Below, in pieces: positions 25,401 through 40,400 of a stretch of 64,000 nucleotides of DNA. The notes below the pieces were generated by a model that ran no database searches, was not told where the DNA came from, and saw only the letters and a list, made by a program, of their open reading frames with translations. How positions within the stretch are numbered: the stretch's first letter is position 1; each line of letters begins with the position of its first letter. A program made the position numbers and the translations under genes. Location: contig OZ210884.1 of the NCBI GenBank assembly GCA_964658305.1, positions 5,394,001 to 5,458,000 of the forward strand, given 5' to 3'. This DNA comes from Leptogorgia sarmentosa. Lineage: Eukaryota.

Positions 25401-28400
25401 TTACAAAAATAAACTATAGTTTCTTTCACCGAAACTATAGTTTAAAAAACTGTAGTAATTTGGAACAAAAACAAAAGTTAAAATTAACTAAAGTTTCTAA
25501 TAACTATAGTTCCACAAAACTATAGTTATTAATAAACTATAGTTTTTTTCACCGAAAGTATAGTTTAAAAAACTGTAGTAATTTGAAACAAAAACTATAG
25601 TTAAAATTAACTAAAGCTTCTAATAACTATAGTTCCACAAAACTATAGTTATCAATAAACTATAGATTTTTCCACCGAAACTATAGTTTAAAAAAACTGT
25701 AGTAAATTGCAACAAAAACTATAGTTAATTTAACTAAATTTATATTAACTATACTATTTATAATTATATAGTTTTTGAATCTGTTGTATTTTACTATAGT
25801 TTTAAGTTATATGCTGTGAAACTATTTCCAGGTTTCCAAACGCTCAGGTTTCCAAACGCTCAGGTTTCCAAACCGGCAAAGTTTCCAAACGCTCAGGTTT
25901 CAAAACGCTCAGGTTTCAAAACGCTCAGGTTTTTCCAGACGCTCAGGTTTTTCCAAACGCTCAGGTTTCCAAACGCTCAGGTTTCCAAACGCTCAGGTTT
26001 TTCCAAACGCTCAGGTTTCAAAACGCTCAGGTTTCCAAACGCTATGGTTTCCAAACGCTCAGGTTTTTCAAAACGCTCAGGTTTCAAAACGCCCAGGTTT
26101 CAAAACGCTCAGGTTTCAAATCCTGAGCGTTTGGAAAAACCTGAGCGTTTGGAAAAACCTGAGCGTTTTGAAACCTGAGCGTTTGGAAACCTGAGCGTTT
26201 GGAAACCTGAGCGTTTTGAAACCTGAGCGTTTGAAAACCTGAGCGTTTGAAAAAACCTGAGCGTTTGGAAAAACCTGAGCGTTTTGAAACCTGAGCGTTT
26301 GGAAACCTGAGCGTTTTGAAAAACCTGAGCGTTTTGAAACCTGAGCGTTTGGAAACCTGAGCGTTTGGAAACCTGAGCGTTTTGAAAAAACCGAGCGTTT
26401 GGAAACCTGAGCGTTTTGAAAAAACCTGAGCGTTTGGAAACCTGAGCGTTTTGAAACCTGAGCGTTCTGAAACCCGAGCGTTTTGAAAAACCTGAGCGTT
26501 TGGAAACCTGAGCGTTTTGAAACCTGAGCGTTTGGAAACCTGAGCGTTTTGAAACCTGAGCGTTTGGAAACCTGAGCGTTTTAAAAAACCTGAGCGTTTG
26601 GAAACCTGAGCGTTTTGAAACCTGAGCGTTTGGAAACCTGAGCGTTTGGAAACCTGAGCGTTTTGAAAAACCTGAGCGTTTGGAAACCTGAGCGTTTGGA
26701 AACCTGAGCGTTTGGAAACCTGAGCGTTTTGAAAAACCTGAGCGTTTGGAAAACTGAGCGTTTGGAAACCTGAACGTTTTGAAAAACCTGAGCGTTTTGA
26801 AACCTGAGCGTTTGGAAACCTGAGCGTTTTGAAAAACCTGAGCGTTTAGAAACCTGAGTGTTTGGAAACCTGAACGTTTTGAAAAACCTGAGCGTTTTGA
26901 AACCTGAGCGTTTGGAAACCTGAGCGTTTGGAAACCTGAGCGTTTGGAAACCTGAGCGTTTTGAAACCTGAGCGTTTTGAAAAACCTGAGCGTTTGGAAA
27001 ACTGGGCGTTTGAAAACCTGAGCGTTTGGAAAAACCTGAGCGTTTGGAAAAACCTGAGCGTTTTGAAGCCTAAGCGTTTGGAAACCTGAGCGTTTTGAAA
27101 AACCTGAGCGTTTTGAAACCTGAGCGTTTGAAAAAACCTGAGCGTTTGGAAAAACCTGAGCGTTTTGAAACCTGAGCGTTTGGAAACCTGAGCGTTTTGA
27201 AAAACCTGAGCGTTTTGAAACCTGAGCGTTTGGAAACCTGAGCGTTTGGAAACCTGAGCGTTTTGAAACCTGAGCGTTCTGAAACCCGAGCGTTTTGAAA
27301 AACCTGAGCGTTTGGAAACCTGAGCGTTTTGAAACCTGAGCGTTTGGAAACCTGAGCGTTTTGAAACCTGAGCGTTTGGAAACCTGAGCGTTTTAAAAAA
27401 CCCGAGCGTTTGGAAACCTGAGCGTTTTGAAAAAACCTGAACGTTTGGAAACCTGAGCGTTTTGAAACCTGAGCGTTCTGAAACCCGAGCGTTTTGAAAA
27501 ACCTGAGCGTTTGGAAACCTGAGCGTTTTGAAACCTGAGCGTTTGGAAACCTGAGCGGTTTGAAACCTGAGCGTTTGGAAACCTGAGCGTTTTAAAAAAC
27601 CTGAGCGTTTGGAAACCTGAGCGTTTTGAAACCTGAGCGTTTGGAAACCTGAGCGTTTGGAAACCTGAGCGTTTTGAAAAACCTGAGCGTTTGGAAACCT
27701 GAGCGTTTGGAAACCTGAGCGTTTGGAAACCTGAGCGTTTTGAAAAACCTGAGCGTTTGGAAAACTGAGCGTTTGGAAACCTGAACGTTTTGAAAAACCT
27801 GAGCGTTTTGAAACCTGAGCGTTTGGAAACCTGAGCGTTTTGAAAAACCTGAGCGTTTAGAAACCTGAGTGTTTGGAAACCTGAACGTTTTGAAAAACCT
27901 GAGCGTTTTGAAACCTGAGCGTTTGGAAACCTGAGCGTTTTGAAACCTGAGCGTTTTGAAAAACCTGAGCGTTTGGAAACCTGAGCGTTTGGAAACCTGA
28001 GCGTTTTGAAACCTGAGCGTTTTGAAAAACCTGAGCGTTTGGAAAACTGGGCGTTTGAAAACCTGAGCGTTTGGAAAAACCTGAGCGTTTGGAAAAACCT
28101 GAGCGTTTTGAAGCCTAAGCGTTTGGAAACCTGAGCGTTTTGAAAAACCTGAGCGTTTTGAAACCTGAGCGTTTGGAAACCTGAGCGTTTGGAAACCTGA
28201 GCGTTTTGAAAAAACCGAGCGTTTGGAAACCTGAGCGTTTTGAAAAAACCTGAGCGTTTGGAAACCTGAGCGTTTTGAAACCTGAGCGTTTTGAAAAACC
28301 AGAGCGTTTGGAAACCTGAGCGTTTGAAAACCTGAGCGTTTGGAAAAACCTGAGCGTTTGGAAAAACCTGAGCGTTTTGAAACCTGAGCGTTTGGAAATT

Positions 28401-31400
28401 TGAGCGTTTTGAAAAACCTGAGCGTTTTGAAACCTGAGCGTTTGGAAACCTGAGCGTTTGGAAACCTGAGCGTTTTGAAAAAACCGAGCGTTTGGAAACC
28501 TGAGCGTTTTGAAAAAACCTGAGCGTTTGGAAACCTGAGCGTTTTGAAACCTGAGCGTTTTGAAACCTGAGCGTTTTGAAAAACCTGAGCGTTTGGAAAC
28601 CTGAGCGTTTTGAAACCTGAGCGTTTGGAAACCTGAGCGTTTGGAAACCTGAGCGTTTGGAAACCTGAGCGTTTTGATAACTGAGCGTTTGGAAACCTGA
28701 GCGTTTTGAAACCTGAGCGTTTGGAAACCTGAGCGTTTTAAAAAACCTGAGCGTTTGGAAACCTGAGCGTTTTGAAACCTGAGCGTTTGGAAACCTGAGC
28801 GTTTGGAAACCTGAGCGTTTTGAAACCTGAGCGTTTTGAAAAACCTGAGCGTTTGGAAAAACCTGAGCGTTTGGAAAAACATGAGCGTTTTGAAACCTGA
28901 GCGTTTGGAAACCTGAGCGTTTGGAAACCTGAGCGTTTTGAAAAAACCTGAGCGTTTGGAAACCTGAGCGTTTTGAAACCTGAGCGTTTTGAAACCTGAG
29001 CGTTTTGAAAAACCTGAGCCTTTGGAAACCTGAGCGTTTTGAAACCTGAGCGTTTGGAAACCTGAGCGTTTGGAAACCTGAGCGTTTGGAAACCTGAGCG
29101 TTTGGAAAACTGAGCGTTTTGAAACCTGAGCGTTTTGAAACCTGAGCGTTTGGAAACCTGAGCGTTTTGACACCTGAGCGTTTGGAAACCTGAGCGTTTT
29201 AAAAAACCTGAGCGTTTTGAAATCTGAGCGTTTAAAAACCTGAGCGTTTTAAAAAACCTGAGCGTTTGGAAACCTGAGCGTTTTGAAACCTGAGCGTTTT
29301 GAAACCTGAGCGTTTTGAAACCTGAGCGTTTGGAAACCTGAGCGTTTGGAAAACTGAGCGTTTTGAGAAACCTGAGCGTTTTGAAACCTGAGCGTTTGGA
29401 AACCTGAGCGTTTGGAAACCTGAGCGTTTGGAAAACTGAGCGTTTTGAGAAACCTGAGCGTTTTGAAACCTGAGCGTTTGAAAACCTGAGCGTTTGGAAA
29501 AACCTGAGCGTTTGGAAAAACCTGAGCGTTTTGAAACCTGAGCGTTTGGAAATCTGAACGTTTTGAAAAACCTGAGCGTTTTGAAACCTGAGCGTTTGGA
29601 AACCTGAGAGTTTTGAAAAACCTGAGCGTTTGGAAACCTGAGCGTTTTGAAAAACCTGAGCGTTTTGAAACCTGAGCGTTTGGAAACCTGAGCGTTTTGG
29701 AAAACCTGAGCGTTTTGAAACTTGAGCGTTTGGAAACCTGAGCGTTTGGAAACCTGAGCGTTTTGGAAAACCTGAGCGTTTGGAAACCTGAGCGTTTGGA
29801 AACCTGAGCGTTTGGAAAACTGAGCGTTTTGAAAAACCTGAGCGTTTGGAAACCTGAGCGTTTGGAAACCTGAACGTTTTGAAAAACCTGAGCGTTTTGA
29901 AACCTGAGCGTTTGGAAACCTGAGCGTTTTGAAAAACCTGAGCGTTTTGAAACCTGAGCGTTTGAAAACCTGAGCGTTTGGAAAAACCTGAGCGTTTGGA
30001 AAAACCTGAGCGTTTTGAAACCTGAGCGTTTGGAAACCTTAGCGTTTGGAAACCTGAGCGTTTTGAAAAACCTGAGCGTTTGGAAAAACCTGAGCGTTTA
30101 GAAACCTGAGCGTTTGGAAACCTGAGCGTTTGGAAACTTGAGGGTTTGGAAACCTGAGCGTTTTGAAACCTGAACGTTTGGAAACCTGAGCGTTTGGAAA
30201 CCTGAGCGTTTGGAAACCTGAGCGTTTGGAAACCCGAGCGTTTTGAGAAACCTGAGCGTTTTGAAACCTGAGCGTTTGAAAACCTGAGCGTTTGGAAAAA
30301 CCTGAGCGGTTGGAAAAACCTGAGCGTTTTGAAACCTGAGCGTTTGGAAACCTGAACGTTTTGAAAAACCTGAACGTTTTGAAACCTGAGCGTTTGGAAA
30401 CCTGAGTGTTTGGAAACATGAGCGTTTGGAAACCTGAGCGTTTGGAAACCTGAGCGTTTTGAAAAACCTGAGCGTTTTGAAACCTGAGCGTTTGAAAACC
30501 TGAGCGTTTGGAAAAACCTGAGCGTTTGGAAACATGAGCGTTTTGAAACCTGAACGTTTGGAAACCTGAGCGTTTGGAAAACTGAGCGTTTTGAAAAACC
30601 TGAGCGTTTGGAAACCTGAGCGTTTGGAAACCTGAACGTTTTGAAAAACCTGAGCGTTTTGAAACCTGAGCGTTTGGAAACCTGAGCGTTTTGAAAAACC
30701 TGAGCGTTTTGAAACCTGAGCGTTTGAAAACCTGAGCGTTTGGAAAAACCTGAGCGTTTGGAAAAACCTGAGCGTTTTGAAACCTGAGCGTTTGGAAACC
30801 TTAGCGTTTGGAAACCTGAGCGTTTTGAAAAACCTGAGCGTTTGGAAAAACCTGAGCGTTTAGAAACCTGAGCGTTTGGAAACCTGAGCGTTTGGAAACT
30901 TGAGGGTTTGGAAACCTGAGCGTTTTGAAACCTGAACGTTTGGAAACCTGAGCGTTTGGAAACCTGAGCGTTTGGAAACCTGAGCGTTTGGAAACCCGAG
31001 CGTTTTGAGAAACCTGAGCGTTTTGAAACCTGAGCGTTTGAAAACCTGAGCGTTTGGAAAAACCTGAGCGGTTGGAAAAACCTGAGCGTTTTGAAACCTG
31101 AGCGTTTGGAAACCTGAACGTTTTGAAAAACCTGAGCGTTTTGAAACCTGAGCGTTTGGAAACCTGAGTGTTTGGAAACATGAGCGTTTGGAAACCTGAG
31201 CGTTTGGAAACCTGAGCGTTTTGAAAAACCTGAGCGTTTTGAAACCTGAGCGTTTGAAAACCTGAGCGTTTGGAAAAACCTGAGCGTTTGGAAACATGAG
31301 CGTTTTGAAACCTGAACGTTTGGAAACCTGAGCGTTTGGAAACCTGAGCGTTTGGAAACCAGAGCGTTTGGAAACCCGAGCGTTTTGAGAAACCTGAGTT

Positions 31401-34400
31401 TTTTGAAACCTGAGCGTTTGAAAACCTGAGCGTTTGGAAAAACCTGAGCGGTTGGAAAAACCTGAGCGTTTTGAAACCTGAGCGTTTGGAAACCTGAACG
31501 TTTTGAAAAACCTGAGCGTTTTGAAACCTGAGCGTTTGGAAACCTGAGCGTTTGGAAACCTGAGCGTTTGGAAACCTGAGCGTTTGGAAACCTGAGCGTT
31601 TGGAAACCTGAACGTTTTGAAAAACCTGAACGTTTTGAAACCTGAGCGTTTGAAAACCTGAGCGTTTGGAAAAACCTGAGCGTTTTGAAAAACCTGAGCG
31701 TTTGAAAACCTGAGCGTTTGGAAAAACCTGAGCGGTTGGAAAAACCTGAGCGTTTTGAAACCTGAGCGTTTGGAAACCTGAACGTTTTGAAAAACCTGAG
31801 CGTTTTGAAACCTGAGCGTTTGGAAACCTGAGCGTTTGGAAACCTGAGCGTTTGGAAACCTGAGCGTTTTGAAAAACCTGAGCGTTTTGAAACCTGAGCG
31901 TGTGAAAACCTGAGCGTTTGGAAAAACCTGAGCGGTTGGAAAAACCTGAGCGTTTGGAAACCTGAGCGTTTGGAAACCTGAACGTTTTGAAAAACCTGAG
32001 CGTTTTGAAACCTGAGCGTTTGGAAACCTGAGTGTTTGGAAACCTGAGCGTTTTGAAAAACCTGAGCGTTTGGAAAAACCTGAGCGTTTAGAAACCTGAG
32101 CGTTTGGAAACCTGAGCGTTTGGAAACCTGGGCGTTTTGAAACCTGAACGTTTTGAAAAACCTGAGCGTTTTGAAACCTGAGCGTTTGGAAACCTGAGCG
32201 TTTGGAAACCTGAGCGTTTTGAAACCTGAGCGTTTTGAAAAACCTGAGCGTTTGGAAACCTGAGCTTTTGGAAACCTGAGCGTTTGGAAACCTGAGCGTT
32301 TGGAAACCTGAGCGTTTTGAAACCTGAGCGTTTTCAAAAACCTGAGCGTTTGGAAACCTGAGCGTTTTGAAACCTGAGCGTTTTGAAAAACCTGAGCGTT
32401 TGGAAACCTGAGCGTTTGGAAACCTGAGCGTTTGGAAAACTGAGCGTTTTGAAAAACCTGAGCGTTTGGAAACCTGAGCGTTTGGAAACCTGAACGTTTT
32501 GAAAAACCTGAGCGTTTTGAAACCTGAGCGTTTGGAAACCTGAGCGTTTTGAAAAACCTGAGCGTTTTGAAACCTGAGCGTTTGAAAACCTGAGCGTTTG
32601 GAAAAACCTGAGCGTTTGGAAAAACCTGAGCGTTTTGAAACCTGAGCGTTTGGAAACCTGAGCGTTTGAAAACCTGAGCGTTTGGAAAAACCTGAGCGTT
32701 TTGATAAACCTGAGCGTTTGAAAACCTGAGCGTTTGGAAAAACCTGAGCGGTTGGAAAAACCTGAGCGTTTTGAAACCTGAGCGTTTGGAAACCTGAACG
32801 TTTTGAAAAACCTGAGCGTTTTGAAACCTGAGCGTTTGGAAACCTGAGCGTTTGGAAACCTGAGCGTTTGGAAACCTGAGCGTTTGGAAACCTGAGCGTT
32901 TTGAAAAACCTGAGCGTTTTGAAACCTGAGCGTGTGAAAACCTGAGCGTTTGGAAATCTGAGCGTTTTGAAAAACCTGAGCGTTTGGAAAAACCTGAGCG
33001 TTTAGAAACCTGAGCGTTTGGAAACCTGAGCGTTTGGAAACCTGAGCGTTTTGAAACCTGAACGTTTTGAAAAACCTGAGCGTTTTGAAACCTGAGCGTT
33101 TGGAAACCTGAGCGTTTGGAAACCTGAGCGTTTTGAAATCTGAGCGTTTTGAAAAACCTGAGCGTTTGGAAACCTGAGCGTTTGGAAACCTGAGCGTTTG
33201 GAAACCTGAGCGTTTGGAAACCTGAGCGTTTTGAAACCTGAGCGTTTTCAAAAACCTGAGCGTTTGGAAACCTGAGCGTTTTGAAACCTGAGCGTTTTGA
33301 AAAACCTGAGCGTTTGGAAACCTGAGCGTTTGGAAACCTGAGCGTTTGGAAAACTGAGCGTTTTGAAAAACCTGAGCGTTTGGAAACCTGAGCGTTTGGA
33401 AACCTGAGCGTTTTGAAAAACCTGAGCGTTTTGAAACCTGAGCGTTTGAAAACCTGAGCGTTTGGAAAAACCTGAGCGTTTGGAAAAACCTGAGCGTTTT
33501 GAAACCTGAGCGTTTGGAAACCTGAGCGTTTGAAAACCTGAGCGTTTGGAAAAACCTGAGCGTTTTGAAAAACCTGAGCGTTTGAAAACCTGAGCGTTTG
33601 GAAAAACCTGAGCGGTTGGAAAAACCTGAGCGTTTTGAAACCTGAGCGTTTGGAAACCTGAACGTTTTGAAAAACCTGAGCGTTTTGAAACCTGAGCGTT
33701 TGGAAACCTGAGCGTTTGGAAACCTGAGCGTTTGGAAACCTGAGCGTTTGGAAACCTGAGCGTTTTGAAAAACCTGAGCGTTTTGAAACCTGAGCGTGTA
33801 AAAACCTGAGCGTTTGGAAATCTGAGCGTTTTGAAAAACCTGAGCGTTTGGAAAAACCTGAGCGTTTAGAAACCTGAGCGTTTGGAAACCTGAGCGTTTG
33901 GAAACCTGAGCGTTTTGAAACCTGAACGTTTTGAAAAACCTGAGCGTTTTGAAACCTGAGCGTTTGGAAACCTGAGCGTTTGGAAACCTGAGCGTTTTGA
34001 AACCTGAGCGTTTTGAAAAACCTGAGCGTTTGGAAACCTGAGCGTTTGGAAACCTGAGCGTTTGGAAACCTGAGCGTTTGGAAACCTGAGCGTTTTGAAA
34101 CCTGAGCGTTTTCAAAAACCTGAGCGTTTGGAAACCTGAGCGTTTTGAAACCTGAGCGTTTTGAAAAACCTGAGCGTTTGGAAACCTGAGCGTTTGGAAA
34201 CCTGAGCGTTTGGAAAACTGAGCGTTTTGAAAAACCTGAGCGTTTGGAAACCTGAGCGTTTTGAAAAACCTGAGCGTTTTGAAACCTGAGCGTTTGAAAA
34301 CCTGAGCGTTTGGAAACCTGAGCGTTTTGAAAAACCTGAGCGTTTTGAAACCTGAGCGTTTGAAAACCTGAGCGTTTGGAAAAACCTGAGCGTTTGGAAA

Positions 34401-37400
34401 AACCTGAGCGTTTTGAAACCTGAGCGTTTGGAAACCTTAGCGTTTGGAAACCTGAGCGTTTTGAAAAACCTGAGCGTTTGGAAAAACCTGAGCGTTTAGA
34501 AACCTGAGCGTTTGGAAACCTGAGCGTTTGGAAACTTGAGGGTTTGGAAACCTGAGCGTTTTGAAACCTGAACGTTTGGAAACCTGAGCGTTTGGAAACC
34601 TGAGCGTTTGGAAACCTGAGCGTTTGGAAACCCGAGCGTTTTGAGAAACCTGAGCGTTTTGAAACCTGAGCGTTTGAAAACCTGAGCGTTTGGAAAAACC
34701 TGAGCGGTTGGAAAAACCTGAGCGTTTTGAAACCTGAGCGTTTGGAAACCTGAACGTTTTGAAAAACCTGAGCGTTTTGAAACCTGAGCGTTTGGAAACC
34801 TGAGTGTTTGGAAACCTGAGCGTTTGGAAACCTGAGCGTTTGGAAACCTGAGCGTTTGGAAACCTGAGCGTTTTGAAAAACCTGAGCGTTTTGAAACCTG
34901 AGCGTTTGAAAACCTGAGCGTTTGGAAAAACCTGATCGTTTGGAAACCTGAGCGTTTGGAAACCTGAGCGTTTGGAAACCCGAGCGTTTTGAGAAACCTG
35001 AGTTTTTTGAAACCTGAGCGTTTGAAAACCTGAGCGTTTGGAAAAACCTGAGCGGTTGGAAAAACCTGAGCGTTTTGAAACCTGAGCGTTTGGAAACCTG
35101 AACGTTTTGAAAAACCTGAGCGTTTTGAAACCTGAGCGTTTGGAAACCTGAGCGTTTGGAAACCTGAGCGTTTGGAAACCTGAGCGTTTTGAAAAACCTG
35201 AGCGTTTGGAAACCTGAGCGTTTGGAAACCTGAGCGTTTGGAAACCTGAGCGTTTGGAAACCTGAGCGTTTTGAAACCTGAGCGTTTTCAAAAACCTGAG
35301 CGTTTGGAAACCTGAGCGTTTTGAAACCTGAGCGTTTGGAAACCTGAGCGTTTTGAAACCTGAGCGTTTTGAAAAACCTGAGCGTTTGGAAACCTGAGCG
35401 TTTGGAAACCTGAGCGTTTGGAAACCTGAGCGTTTGGAAACCTGAGCGTTTTGAAACCTGAGCGTTTTCAAAAACCTGAGCGTTTGGAAACCTGAGCGTT
35501 TTGAAACCTGAGCGTTTTGAAAAACCTGAGCGTTTGGAAACCTGAGCGTTTGGAAACCTGAGCGTTTGGAAAACTGAGCGTTTTGAAAAACCTGAGCGTT
35601 TGGAAACCTGAGCGTTTGGAAACCTGAACGTTTTGAAAAACCTGAGCGTTTTGAAACCTGAGCGTTTGGAAACCTGAGCGTTTTGAAAAACCTGAGCGTT
35701 TTGAAACCTGAGCGTTTGAAAACCTGAGCGTTTGGAAAAACCTGAGCGTTTGGAAAAACCTGAGCGTTTTGAAACCTGAGCGTTTGGAAACCTTAGCGTT
35801 TGGAAACCTGAGCGTTTTGAAAAACCTGAGCGTTTGGAAAAACCTGAGCGTTTAGAAACCTGAGCGTTTGGAAACCTGAGCGTTTGGAAACTTGAGGGTT
35901 TGGAAACCTGAGCGTTTTGAAACCTGAACGTTTGGAAACCTGAGCGTTTGGAAACCTGAGCGTTTGGAAACCTGAGCGTTTGGAAACCCGAGCGTTTTGA
36001 GAAACCTGAGCGTTTTGAAAGCTGAGCGTTTGAAAACCTGAGCGTTTGGAAAAACCTGAGCGGTTGGAAAAACCTGAGCGTTTTGAAACCTGAGCGTTTG
36101 GAAACCTGAACGTTTTGAAAAACCTGAGCGTTTTGAAACCTGAGCGTTTGGAAACCTGAGTGTTTGGAAACCTGAGCGTTTGGAAACCTGAGCGTTTGGA
36201 AACCTGAGCGTTTGGAAACCTGAGCGTTTTGAAAAACCTGAGCGTTTTGAAACCTGAGCGTTTGGAAACCTGAACGTTTTGAAAAACCTGAGCGTTTTGA
36301 AACCTGAGCGTTTGGAAACCTGAGCGTTTGGAAACCTGAGCGTTTGGAAACCTGAGCGTTTGGAAACCTGAGCGTTTTGAAAAACCTGAGCGTTTTGAAA
36401 CCTGAGCGTGTGAAAACCTGAGCGTTTGGAAAAACCTGAGCGTTTTGAACAACCTGAGCGTTTGGAAACCTGAGCGTTTGGAAACCTGAACGTTTTGAAA
36501 AACCTGAGCGTTTTGAAACCTGAGCGTTTGGAAACCTGAGCGTTTGGAAATCTGAGCGTTTTGAAAAACCTGAGCGTTTGGAAAAACCTGAGCGTTTAGA
36601 AACCTGAGCGTTTGGAAACCTGAGCGTTTGGAAACCTGAGCGTTTTGAAACCTGAACGTTTTGAAAAACCTGAGCGTTTTGAAACCTGAGCGTTTGGAAA
36701 CCTGAGCGTTTGGAAACCTGAGCGTTTTGAAACCTGAGCGTTTTGAAAAACCTGAGCGTTTGGAAACCTGAGCGTTTGGAAACCTGAGCGTTTGGAAACC
36801 TGAGCGTTTTGAAACCTGAGCGTTTTCAAAAACCTGAGCGTTTGGAAACCTGAGCGTTTTGAAACCTGAGCGTTTTGAAAAACCTGAGCGTTTGGAAACC
36901 TGAGCGTTTGGAAACCTGAGCGTTTGGAAAACTGAGCGTTTTGAAAAACCTGAGCGTTTGGAAACCTGAGCGTTTGGAAACCTGAACGTTTTGAAAAACC
37001 TGAGCGTTTTGAAACCTGAGCGTTTGGAAACCTGAGCGTTTTGAAAAACCTGAGCGTTTTGAAACCTGAGCGTTTGAAAACCTGAGCGTTTGGAAAAACC
37101 TGAGCGTTTGGAAAAACCTGAGCGTTTTGAAACCTGAGCGTTTGGAAACCATAGCGTTTGGAAACCTGAGCGTTTTGAAAAACCTGAGCGTTTGGAAAAA
37201 CCTGAGCGTTTAGAACCCTGAGCGTTTGGAAACCTGAGCGTTTGGAAACTTGAGGGTTTGGAAACCTGAGCGTTTTGAAACCTGAACGTTTGGAAACCTG
37301 AGCGTTTGGAAACCTGAGCGTTTGGAAACCTGAGCGTTTGGAAACCCGAGCGTTTTGAGAAACCTGAGCGTTTTGAAACCTGAGCGTTTGAAAACCTGAG

Positions 37401-40400
37401 CGTTTGGAAAAACCTGAGCGGTTGGAAAAACCTGAGCGTTTTGAAACCTGAGCGTTTGGAAACCTGAGCGTTTGGAAACCTGAGCGTTTGGAAACCTGAG
37501 CGTTTGGAAACCTGAGCGTTTTGAAACCTGAGCGTTTTCAAAAACCTGAGCGTTTGGAAACCTGAGCGTTTTGAAACCTGAGCGTTTTGAAAAACCTGAG
37601 CGTTTGGAAACCTGAGCGTTTGGAAACCTGAGCGTTTGGAAAACTGAGCGTTTTGAAAAACCTGAGCGTTTGGAAACCTGAGCGTTTGGAAACCTGAACG
37701 TTTTGAAAAACCTGAGCGTTTTGAAACCTGAGCGTTTGGAAACCTGAGCGTTTTGAAAAACCTGAGCGTTTTGAAACCTGAGCGTTTGAAAACCTGAGCG
37801 TTTGGAAAAACCTGAGCGTTTGGAAAAACCTGAGCGTTTTGAAACCTGAGCGTTTGGAAACCTTAGCGTTTGGAAACCTGAGCGTTTTGAAAAACCTGAG
37901 CGTTTGGAAAAACCTGAGCGTTTAGAAACCTGAGCGTTTGGAAACCTGAGCGTTTGGAAACTTGAGGGTTTGGAAACCTGAGCGTTTTGAAACCTGAACG
38001 TTTGGAAACCTGAGCGTTTGGAAACCTGAGCGTTTGGAAACCTGAGCGTTTGGAAACCCGAGCGTTTTGAGAAACCTGAGCGTTTTGAAACCTGAGCGTT
38101 TGAAAACCTGAGCGTTTGGAAAAACCTGAGCGGTTGGAAAAACCTGAGCGTTTTGAAACCTGAGCGTTTGGAAACCTGAACGTTTTGAAAAACCTGAGCG
38201 TTTTGAAACCTGAGCGTTTGGAAACCTGAGTGTTTGGAAACCTGAGCGTTTGGAAACCTGAGCGTTTGGAAACCTGAGCGTTTGGAAACCTGAGCGTTTT
38301 GAAAAACCTGAGCGTTTTGAAACCTGAGCGTTTGGAAACCTGAACGTTTTGAAAAACCTGAGCGTTTTGAAACCTGAGCGTTTGGAAACCTGAGCGTTTG
38401 GAAACCTGAGCGTTTGGAAACCTGAGCGTTTGGAAACCTGAGCGTTTTGAAAAACCTGAGCGTTTTGAAACCTGAGCGTGTGAAAACCTGAGCGTTTGGA
38501 AAAACCTGAGCGTTTTGAACAACCTGAGCGTTTGGAAACCTGAGCGTTTGGAAACCTGAACGTTTTGAAAAACCTGAGCGTTTTGAAACCTGAGCGTTTG
38601 GAAACCTGAGCGTTTGGAAATCTGAGCGTTTTGAAAAACCTGAGCGTTTGGAAAAACCTGAGCGTTTAGAAACCTGAGCGTTTGGAAACCTGAGCGTTTG
38701 GAAACCTGAGCGTTTTGAAACCTGAACGTTTTGAAAAACCTGAGCGTTTTGAAACCTGAGCGTTTGGAAACCTGAGCGTTTGGAAACCTGAGCGTTTTGA
38801 AACCTGAGCGTTTTGAAAAACCTGAGCGTTTGGAAACCTGAGCGTTTGGAAACCTGAGCGTTTGGAAACCTGAGCGTTTGGAAACCTGAGCGTTTTGAAA
38901 CCTGAGCGTTTTCAAAAACCTGAGCGTTTGGAAACCTGAGCGTTTTGAAACCTGAGCGTTTTGAAAAACCTGAGCGTTTGGAAACCTGAGCGTTTGGAAA
39001 CCTGAGCGTTTGGAAAACTGAGCGTTTTGAAAAACCTGAGCGTTTGGAAACCTGAGCGTTTGGAAACCTGAACGTTTTGAAAAACCTGAGCGTTTTGAAA
39101 CCTGAGCGTTTGGAAACCTGAGCGTTTTGAAAAACCTGAGCGTTTTGAAACCTGAGCGTTTGAAAACCTGAGCGTTTGGAAAAACCTGAGCGTTTGGAAA
39201 AACCTGAGCGTTTTGAAACCTGAGCGTTTGGAAACCTTAGCGTTTGGAAACCTGAGCGTTTTGAAAAACCTGAGCGTTTGGAAAAACCTGAGCGTTTAGA
39301 AACCTGAGCGTTTGGAAACCTGAGCGTTTGGAAACTTGAGGGTTTGGAAACCTGAGCGTTTTGAAACCTGAACGTTTGGAAACCTGAGCGTTTGGAAACC
39401 TGAGCGTTTGGAAACCTGAGCGTTTGGAAACCCGAGCGTTTTGAGAAACCTGAGCGTTTTGAAACCTGAGCGTTTGAAAACCTGAGCGTTTGGAAAAACC
39501 TGAGCGGTTGGAAAAACCTGAGCGTTTTGAAACCTGAGCGTTTGGAAACCTGAACGTTTTGAAAAACCTGAGCGTTTTGAAACCTGAGCGTTTGGAAACC
39601 TGAGTGTTTGGAAACCTGAGCGTTTGGAAACCTGAGCGTTTGGAAACCTGAGCGTTTGGAAACCTGAGCGTTTTGAAAAACCTGAGCGTTTTGAAACCTG
39701 AGCGTTTGAAAACCTGAGCGTTTGGAAAAACCTGAGCGTTTGGAAACATGAGCGTTTTGAAACCTGAACGTTTGGAAACCTGAGCGTTTGGAAACCTGAG
39801 CGTTTTGAAACCTGAGCGTTTTGAAAAACCTGAGCGTTTGGAAACCTGAGCGTTTGGAAACCTGAGCGTTTGGAAACCTGAGCGTTTGGAAACCTGAGCG
39901 TTTTGAAACCTGAGCGTTTTCAAAAACCTGAGCGTTTGGAAACCTGAGCGTTTTGAAACCTGAGCGTTTTGAAAAACCTGAGCGTTTGGAAACCTGAGCG
40001 TTTGGAAACCTGAGCGTTTGGAAAACTGAGCGTTTTGAAAAACCTGAGCGTTTGGAAACCTGAGCGTTTGGAAACCTGAACGTTTTGAAAAACCTGAGCG
40101 TTTTGAAACCTGAGCGTTTGGAAACCTGAGCGTTTTGAAAAACCTGAGCGTTTTGAAACCTGAGCGTTTGAAAACCTGAGCGTTTGGAAAAACCTGAGCG
40201 TTTGGAAAAACCTGAGCGTTTTGAAACCTGAGCGTTTGGAAACCTTAGCGTTTGGAAACCTGAGCGTTTTGAAAAACCTGAGCGTTTGGAAAAACCTGAG
40301 CGTTTAGAAACCTGAGCGTTTGGAAACCTGAGCGTTTGGAAACTTGAGGGTTTGGAAACCTGAGCGTTTTGAAACCTGAACGTTTGGAAACCTGAGCGTT